Shown here: positions 57,681-64,000 of the stretch, in pieces
Layout of the letters: every line of letters begins with the position of its first letter
Position numbering within the stretch: position 1 is the first letter of the stretch
Source of the DNA: an uncultured bacterium
GTDB lineage: Bacteria; Babelota; Babeliae; Babelales; Babelaceae
Direction: 5' to 3'
DNA: 64,000 nucleotides
Assembly (NCBI GenBank): GCA_963824495.1
Contig: CAWGPQ010000008.1
Span: forward strand, 32,001 to 96,000
Position numbers and translations under genes: made by a program
Notes under the pieces: generated by a model
Seen by the model: the letters and a program-made list of their open reading frames with translations, nothing else
What the model was told of the DNA's origin: nothing
Databases searched by the model: none

Positions 57681-60113
57681 ATGTCTACGTCTACTGAAAC
57701 CCAATCATTAACGCCGTTAATGCGGCAATATTACGATATTAAGAAGCGCTATCCTGACACACTGTTATTATTTCAAGTAGGTGATTTTTACGAACTTTTC
57801 TTTGATGACGCTCATAAAGCTTCGGCATTTTTAGGTATAGCTCTTACCAAGCGAGGATTCCAGGGCAATGAACCTATTCCACTTTGTGGTGTTCCGGTTC
57901 ATGCTATTGATCATTATGTGCTGAAACTTGTTCGTGGTGGTTTCCGTGTAGCTCTGTGTGATCAACTCACTCCGGCACAGACAGGTAAAATGATTGAGCG
58001 GGGAGTTACCTATGTACTAACGCCAGGAACATTAACTGATCTTAAGCTCCTGAACGAAAAAACTGCTTCGTATTTAGCAGCAGTATTTCCAACAGAAGAT
58101 AGCTACGGGCTAGTGTTTGCTGAAATCCTAACCGGTCAGCTCTATGCAACTATCGTTTCACGGGCAGAAGAGAAACTCTTCGAAGCTGAATTAAGCCGTT
58201 TTTTGCCGGATGAAATAATTATTCCCGATACCAAGTTAGGCAAGCAGCTTGACGTATTTCTTAAGCGCTTGGGCTATGTTATCACGGTACAGCCCTTTGC
58301 TGTAACATCACGTGATCATAATGAGCACTTAGGCGAATGGCTCAAGAGACAGTTTCCCGAATCATCGCTTTCGTTTGTCAATCAATCGTCAACTGCTCAA
58401 GCAGCATTGTCACTCGTGTATTCGTTTCTAAGAATTAATCAAGAACGTGCATTACATAACTTTAAGCAACTTTTTACCTATAGCCCTGACGACTTTCTTT
58501 TACTTGATGCAGCAACTCAAAAAAATTTAGAGCTCGTAAAAAATGCTCACGACGGCAGTAGTGCGCATACCCTTTTTTCTATACTTGACGCTGCAACAAC
58601 AGCTATGGGCTCACGGCTTATTAAAAAATGGCTCTTGCGTCCCTTGCTCAAAAAAGAAGCCATAGAGCAACGCCTGAGTGCCGTTGAATCTCTTGTTACT
58701 CAGCCATTACTTGTCGACAGTATTAACGTATCATTGCGTGACATAGGAGATCTGGAACGCATAGTTGGTCGCATTGCATTACGACGAGCACACTTATATG
58801 ATTATACTGCTTTATTGCGTGCTTTAAGCACCTTGCCTCAGCTGAAACAAGATCTTATAGTGGTGCAGCACGTAGAGTTGCTCGGTTTAGTTGCATCACG
58901 CTTGGGTGATTTTAGTTTTTTGCATGACCTGCTTTCGCGTTCGCTTAACCTGGATACTGCTAAAGATTGGAAAATACAAGCCGGCTTCAGCCCAGAACTG
59001 GATCGCTTACGCATGCTTATTGAGCAAGCAGCCCAAGCAATTCTCGAGCTTGAACGCAAAGAGCAGCAGGCGACCGGAATAGCATCACTTAAAATTCGTT
59101 ATAGTAAAGCACACGGCTACGGCATCGAAGTTACTAAAGCAAATCTCAGCGCTGTGCCTGAACGCTATACACGGCTTCAAACGCTCACAAACCGTGAGCG
59201 CTTCACAACGCAAGAACTTAAAGATTTAGAATACGATCTTAATCGGGCTCATACTGATATTAACGAGGTAGAAAAACAGATATTTGAAGCAGTATGCCAA
59301 CATGTTGAAGCTGCAATCAGTCCCTTAAAAAAACTTGCTCAAGCTCTTGCGCATCTTGATGCTTTGATGAGCTTGGCGAAAGTAGCATATACCCATAACT
59401 ATACGCGTCCCCACTTTAATGATGAGCATAATATTATTATTAAAGAAGGCTATCACCCGGTTGTTCACGCTGAGATCAAGCACCACTTTATCCCTAACGA
59501 TACGAGACTTACTGATAATGAAACGCTCTGGATTATTACCGGCCCTAATATGGGAGGCAAATCGACCTATCTTCGCCAAGTTGCCCTCATAGCTCTCATG
59601 GCACAAGCAGGATCATTTGTTCCAGCACGTAGCGCAGACCTTTTTATACTTGATCGTATTTTTACGCGTATTGGCGCTGGTGACAATGTCGCCCAAGGCA
59701 AAAGTACATTTCTTGTTGAAATGGAAGAAACAGCGCTTATTTGTACCCAGGCAACCCGTAATAGTCTTGTGATTTTAGACGAAGTTGGTCGAGGCACGAG
59801 TACCTATGACGGATTAGCTATCGCTCAAGCGGTAGTTGAATACATCTATAGTCACATCAAAGCACGCTGTCTATTTGCTACACACTATCACGAACTTACG
59901 CAGCTCACGCTTTCACATCGTGGAATTGTCGCATACCATACAGCAAGCAAGCAGACTCCTGAGGGTATCGTTCTTTTGCACAAAATTATGAAAGGCAATG
60001 CCCAGGGCAGTTTTGGTATTGAAGTTGCGCGGCAAGCAAACTTGCCTGCACCTATTATTCAGCGATCACAAGAGATTCTTAAAAGCCTTACGGCAAGTCG
60101 CGCTGCTTCGTAA
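57681..60113 (+). CDS. mutS: DNA mismatch repair protein MutS
   Basis: TPLMRQY, GDFYELF, TGPNMGGKSTYLRQ, STFLVEM, DEVGRGT and FATHYHEL motifs. Confidence 0.98.
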   Translation: MSTSTETQSLTPLMRQYYDIKKRYPDTLLLFQVGDFYELFFDDAHKASAFLGIALTKRGFQGNEPIPLCGVPVHAIDHYVLKLVRGGFRVALCDQLTPAQTGKMIERGVTYVLTPGTLTDLKLLNEKTASYLAAVFPTEDSYGLVFAEILTGQLYATIVSRAEEKLFEAELSRFLPDEIIIPDTKLGKQLDVFLKRLGYVITVQPFAVTSRDHNEHLGEWLKRQFPESSLSFVNQSSTAQAALSLVYSFLRINQERALHNFKQLFTYSPDDFLLLDAATQKNLELVKNAHDGSSAHTLFSILDAATTAMGSRLIKKWLLRPLLKKEAIEQRLSAVESLVTQPLLVDSINVSLRDIGDLERIVGRIALRRAHLYDYTALLRALSTLPQLKQDLIVVQHVELLGLVASRLGDFSFLHDLLSRSLNLDTAKDWKIQAGFSPELDRLRMLIEQAAQAILELERKEQQATGIASLKIRYSKAHGYGIEVTKANLSAVPERYTRLQTLTNRERFTTQELKDLEYDLNRAHTDINEVEKQIFEAVCQHVEAAISPLKKLAQALAHLDALMSLAKVAYTHNYTRPHFNDEHNIIIKEGYHPVVHAEIKHHFIPNDTRLTDNETLWIITGPNMGGKSTYLRQVALIALMAQAGSFVPARSADLFILDRIFTRIGAGDNVAQGKSTFLVEMEETALICTQATRNSLVILDEVGRGTSTYDGLAIAQAVVEYIYSHIKARCLFATHYHELTQLTLSHRGIVAYHTASKQTPEGIVLLHKIMKGNAQGSFGIEVARQANLPAPIIQRSQEILKSLTASRAAS

Positions 60114-60143
60114 TCACAATAATTCATGTATAGAGTATCAAGC

Positions 60144-61280
60144 TTAAGAAGGTGACCCTGTTTGAGGTATATATCCAGGAGCCAGAGCATACTGGGCAAT
60201 TTGTCGAGCAACATCGGGTGGAAGAAGCTCACATGTAGGTGTTGACTGCCAGGCAAACCCTCCTGCGCGACCGGCTCTTGATAACCTACCAAATACAGCA
60301 ATACCAGCTTCTCTTTGTAATAAGTCAACAATAGCAGAACGATGATATTGGCGAGCAAGAGTTAGGGGTGACCCACCATACCGATTAACAAGAGTACCTT
60401 GAGCACCACATGCAACCAAAAGTTTAACAGTGCTCAAATTGTCATTGCAAGCAGCTACGTGTAACGGTGTGTTGCCATCCTCATCTTGTGCATCAATATC
60501 AAAGTCATGATTAAGCAACAGCCTTACTATAGCATCGTTGCCCTGAGCGACAGCCCAATGTAATGCTGTTTTACTAGCTTGATCTGTATTATATGCTTGT
60601 GGAGCTTGATCTACAAGCTCACCAATGCTCTTAGTATTGCCAAGAATAACCTCTACGATAGAGTCATTGTCAATTAATTTCCTGAGTATACCCCTGATTT
60701 TTTGAATGGGTTGTGAAATAGAAGGTAGTTTTGCTCCATGTTCTATAAGCAATCTAACTGTTTCTGTCTTTCCGTAATCAGCTGCCAACCAAAGAGCAGT
60801 ATCGCCATTATTATTAGTGTGATTAATATCAGCGCCTGCTTCTATAAGCATTCTCGCTATTTCTGTATGTCCCCAAAGAGCTGCCAAAATAAGAGCAGTA
60901 TCGCCATGCCTATCGGCCTGATTAACATTTGCGCTATGTTCTATAAGTATTCTAACCACTTCTGCATGTCTGGCTGCAAACATGCAAGCAGTCCAACCAC
61001 CCATATCGGTACAGTTAACATCAGCACCTGCGCTAAGAGCATCTTTTACCGCTGTAAGGTTGCCCTCATCGGCGGCTTGAACTAGCACGTCGTTAGGATG
61101 ACGACCTGCTTGCTCAAGCATCATGCATTCTAATGGCACAGTATGAGCCAGCCATAGTCCCACAGCAAGCACTGATACAATATGTAATTTTGTAATAATT
61201 TTAATCACAGAATAAGCCTCGATTAATTTTAAATAATATCTATTTTTAATTAATAATATAGGTGCAATTAAGAAAGTCAA
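60144..61280 (-). CDS. Signal-peptide ankyrin-repeat protein with C-terminal LPPDVARQIAQY motif (true start likely near 61207)
   Basis: Ankyrin repeats; close paralog of 51419-52562. Confidence 0.88.
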   Translation of the reverse strand: MTFLIAPILLIKNRYYLKLIEAYSVIKIITKLHIVSVLAVGLWLAHTVPLECMMLEQAGRHPNDVLVQAADEGNLTAVKDALSAGADVNCTDMGGWTACMFAARHAEVVRILIEHSANVNQADRHGDTALILAALWGHTEIARMLIEAGADINHTNNNGDTALWLAADYGKTETVRLLIEHGAKLPSISQPIQKIRGILRKLIDNDSIVEVILGNTKSIGELVDQAPQAYNTDQASKTALHWAVAQGNDAIVRLLLNHDFDIDAQDEDGNTPLHVAACNDNLSTVKLLVACGAQGTLVNRYGGSPLTLARQYHRSAIVDLLQREAGIAVFGRLSRAGRAGGFAWQSTPTCELLPPDVARQIAQYALAPGYIPQTGSPS

Positions 61281-61356
61281 GAAATTACATCTTAATGCGC
61301 TCGTCTACATACATCAATCGCACTGAAGTCGTCCGGAAGCTGTGCTCGTCTGCTTG

Positions 61357-62052
61357 TTAACTGAGCTGGATTCGCTCAATGATTGCTTGCATAATTTTAT
61401 AATACTGTTCGGCATCCTGGCTAATTTCTTGTGCAAGCGCAATATCATATGCATGAGCAGACAAATTTCTCATGTCTATCATATCAATAAGATTTTTGTA
61501 TTCATCGGGCGCAAGCAGTTCAAGATCAAAGCAGCTTTTTAATACGCTTTTTGGGCTTGCAATAGGCTCTATACCATGCTTTTTGTTCAAATATTCTTTC
61601 AAAAACCTCCAGAATGTATCCGCTGCATATTCAAAGCGCTTAATCACGCCATCACGAAGCTCTTCGTAGTAATAATCTGATGACTTATATTGATTAAGCT
61701 TAGACAAAGCACCACCAAGAGCAGCTAAAATTTTTATTAATGTCGTATGGCGAAGCGTTAATCCGCCAATAACATCTTCTTGAGCAAGTATTTCACGCAT
61801 TTCTTCGGGTATAGCGTTAAGATCAAGCACATTGATTTTAAAAGGTATGTGTGAAGCGTTAAGCATGTCACGTATCTCACCAACATCACGTCGTGGCAAC
61901 TTTCTGCCTGCATCAAGAGCAACATCTATATCTGGTCTTTCTACGTGAGCACCATGAGTTCGTGCTATAAATAGATACACACGTATATCTGGTATAAGTG
62001 CCTTAATAACCCGTACAATTTTTTGTTGAGTACCTTCATCAATATGCACCAT
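61357..62052 (-). CDS. Fused MNT (nucleotidyltransferase)-HEPN (HI0074-like) toxin-antitoxin protein
   Basis: N-half VYLFIARTHGAHVERPDIDVALD...PFKINVLDL; C-half RDGVIKRFEY...PKSVLK...RNLSAHAY; start set at ATG 62052. Confidence 0.82.
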   Translation of the reverse strand: MVHIDEGTQQKIVRVIKALIPDIRVYLFIARTHGAHVERPDIDVALDAGRKLPRRDVGEIRDMLNASHIPFKINVLDLNAIPEEMREILAQEDVIGGLTLRHTTLIKILAALGGALSKLNQYKSSDYYYEELRDGVIKRFEYAADTFWRFLKEYLNKKHGIEPIASPKSVLKSCFDLELLAPDEYKNLIDMIDMRNLSAHAYDIALAQEISQDAEQYYKIMQAIIERIQLS

Positions 62053-62246
62053 GACGTTTCCTAGCTTATCATATCTTAGGTAATCTATTAATAATATTAA
62101 TAGTAGCATATACCTGGGCTTGTTATCTAGAAGAATTATTAAAAGATATACTACTGTTGCCGAAAGCAATAAGAACCTGTTAGTATACTCGTGGTGATAG
62201 TTAAAGAAAATCAACCGATAAACAATATGTAAATAAGGAGCCTACT

Positions 62247-62849
62247 ATGACACGTACTTCTACTAATTATGATAATCATGAAGTATCGCCAAGCTTGACA
62301 GCCCGCTTACACCAGTTAGCAGACAACTGGGGTTGGTATCTTGCCCTAGGGATTGCGCTTATTCTTACGGGCATTGTAGCTATTACGTTCCCCTGGATAA
62401 CCACGGTTGTTTCTGTTGTCTACTTTGGTAGCCTCCTCATAGTTGGAGGCGGCATTGAGATTATACGAGCCTTTCGCATGAGCAAATGGGGTTCGTTTCT
62501 GCTGCACTTGCTTTTGGGTATTCTATATTTTGTCGCTGGGTTTGTCATACTGGTACATCCTCAGATAAACGCTCTCAGTTTAACACTCTTGCTTGCAGCA
62601 TTTTTTATAGCAGCTGGCTTGTTTAGGATTGTATCGGCCCTAACCGTACCTGTACCACAATGGGGTTGGGTATTATTTAACGGAATCGTTACCGTTATTC
62701 TAGGGTTTCTTATCTGGAGACAGTGGCCAATTTCTGGATTATGGGCAATTGGTCTTTTTGTGGGTGTAGAAATGATTGTTAGCGGTTGGGTCTCGGTTCT
62801 TCTTGCAGTTCAAGCACGGCGCTTAAAAAATCGCTTAGCAATAGATTAA
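62247..62849 (+). CDS. hdeD: HdeD family acid-resistance membrane protein
   Basis: NWGWYLALGI...six TM helices...WPISGLWAIGLFVGVEMIVSG; AAGGAG RBS. Confidence 0.85.
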   Translation: MTRTSTNYDNHEVSPSLTARLHQLADNWGWYLALGIALILTGIVAITFPWITTVVSVVYFGSLLIVGGGIEIIRAFRMSKWGSFLLHLLLGILYFVAGFVILVHPQINALSLTLLLAAFFIAAGLFRIVSALTVPVPQWGWVLFNGIVTVILGFLIWRQWPISGLWAIGLFVGVEMIVSGWVSVLLAVQARRLKNRLAID

Positions 62850-63004
62850 AAACTTTGTTACGCCTTGATCACTTATAAATCTAAATATTTATAACTTTAT
62901 ATTTTTATTGCTATCTGAATTATAGTTATGCTATCTTTATCTTTAGAGAGCACGTTAAGCGTGCTTTCGGGGACTCTGATATAACTATACTAGGAAGATA
63001 TGCA

Positions 63005-63853
63005 ATGAAAAGTATACATATATTCACATTGGCGACAAGCACGCTTGCCCTCAGCTTATTGGCCTTGCCACAAGCAAGCATTGAAGCTCAGCTAGTACAA
63101 AGGGTAAAATATACTGCCCTTGGGCTAGCAGCAAATTGGCTTGCAACACAAGCAAGCTCTATCTTGGCAGATCAGCCATTTATCGCTCAGGCTATCGATG
63201 CTGCGCAGCCTTATCTGCCTCAATCTATATCTCTTCAAAAACTCATACCAAGTCAAAACAAAACACTTTTAGAGTATCTCTTAAAACAACTACTGGTCAA
63301 TCCCGAATACGATCAGATCTATACTAATTTGTATGCTCTCGGTTCAAAATCACTCGCGCTTTTTGATACACTCAACTTTGCGCTAGAAGAAGTGCCAAAA
63401 ATGCCAGAAGAAAAAGTTGAACCGGTTACCATAGGTGATGCTGAATCAAGCCAAGCCCAACGTGCTCTATTTGCTAGTTTTTGTGGTATGACCGGTCCCT
63501 CAGCACCAGGCAGAGGAACTTACGTTCCGGAGACAAAAGTTGAGCCTTGCCCCTGGCTGCAGAGTGATTTTTGGTTGGGCGAACGGAAAAAATTAATAGG
63601 ACAAGGGATTGTTGCTGCCCTTTCAGGCTATTTCCTCAAGCTTGCTTCTTTGGGTCTTGCTCAAAAAATAACAACCGGGTTGTCAGTATCTTCACCTATT
63701 GGCAATACTATTGCCTTTATCGTTGTTAATGCCGTATGGAATGGCATACTCTCCCAAATTATCGGCCAAACTCAAACCGAGTTTTTAAAAAAAATGCGTA
63801 ATCTGGGAACTCAAATCGGTGAAGCAAGCGAAAATCTTCAGCTGATATCTTAA
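63005..63853 (+). CDS. Hypothetical secreted/membrane protein
   Basis: Signal peptide and C-terminal hydrophobic helices. Confidence 0.65.
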   Translation: MKSIHIFTLATSTLALSLLALPQASIEAQLVQRVKYTALGLAANWLATQASSILADQPFIAQAIDAAQPYLPQSISLQKLIPSQNKTLLEYLLKQLLVNPEYDQIYTNLYALGSKSLALFDTLNFALEEVPKMPEEKVEPVTIGDAESSQAQRALFASFCGMTGPSAPGRGTYVPETKVEPCPWLQSDFWLGERKKLIGQGIVAALSGYFLKLASLGLAQKITTGLSVSSPIGNTIAFIVVNAVWNGILSQIIGQTQTEFLKKMRNLGTQIGEASENLQLIS

Positions 63854-63999
63854 GCTGGCAATCGTGATAGCCTATCGGCCACAAGCGCTCGCAAACAGGC
63901 AAAATAATACTGCGCATCAAGCGTCAGTTTTGTAGACTCTATAGCACGATGAGCAGCATCTTCCATGAGCGGTTGCGCGGTTCGCCGTAGGTGATAGAC
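63850..63999 (-). CDS. C-terminal end of an unidentified gene entering from the window edge
   Basis: Open frame VYHLRRTAQPLMEDAAHRAIE...LSRLPA* ending at TAA 63850. Confidence 0.35.
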   Translation of the reverse strand, partial: VYHLRRTAQPLMEDAAHRAIESTKLTLDAQYYFACLRALVADRLSRLPA

Positions 64000-64000
64000 A

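Noticed and set aside
1..64000. CRISPR arrays, transposases, integrases or prophage at the tRNAs
   Set aside because: No regularly spaced repeats, recombinase motifs or duplicated tRNA 3' ends were seen.

Overview
AT-rich bacterial chromosome segment, most consistent with Candidatus Dependentiae/Babelota (TM6), intracellular parasites of protists. This is inferred from gene content: many signal-peptide ankyrin proteins, a Cys-rich beta-signal protein, spoVG, and fragmented housekeeping operons. The housekeeping backbone comprises maf, NUDIX, spoVG, rsmH, murF, acpP, fabD-like, gltX, rpmF, dprA, gyrA, PIN-phoH, dnaE, yicC, yebC, ruvB, rodA, csaA, uvrA, mutS and three tRNAs (Gln, Pro, His). It is interrupted by paralogous secreted, effector-like genes that are duplicating, recombining and decaying. 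These are: three tandem alpha/beta-hydrolase + Pro-rich + variable coiled-coil genes (one with a polyproline/WH2-like motif); four ankyrin genes sharing a C-terminal F-box/PRANC-like motif; two tandem ankyrin + BC-box-like + possible ADP-ribosyltransferase-fold genes; a GH81-CBM56 beta-1,3-glucanase; and two Cys-clamped hydrophobic-hairpin proteins. Other oddities are a FabD lacking its catalytic residues, a fused MNT-HEPN gene with a degenerate MNT motif, a leader peptide before an ABC exporter, a csaA with no canonical start codon, and recurrent 18-bp-spacer promoters before secreted genes. No CRISPR array, rRNA or transposase was seen. All calls are by eye; no searches were run.
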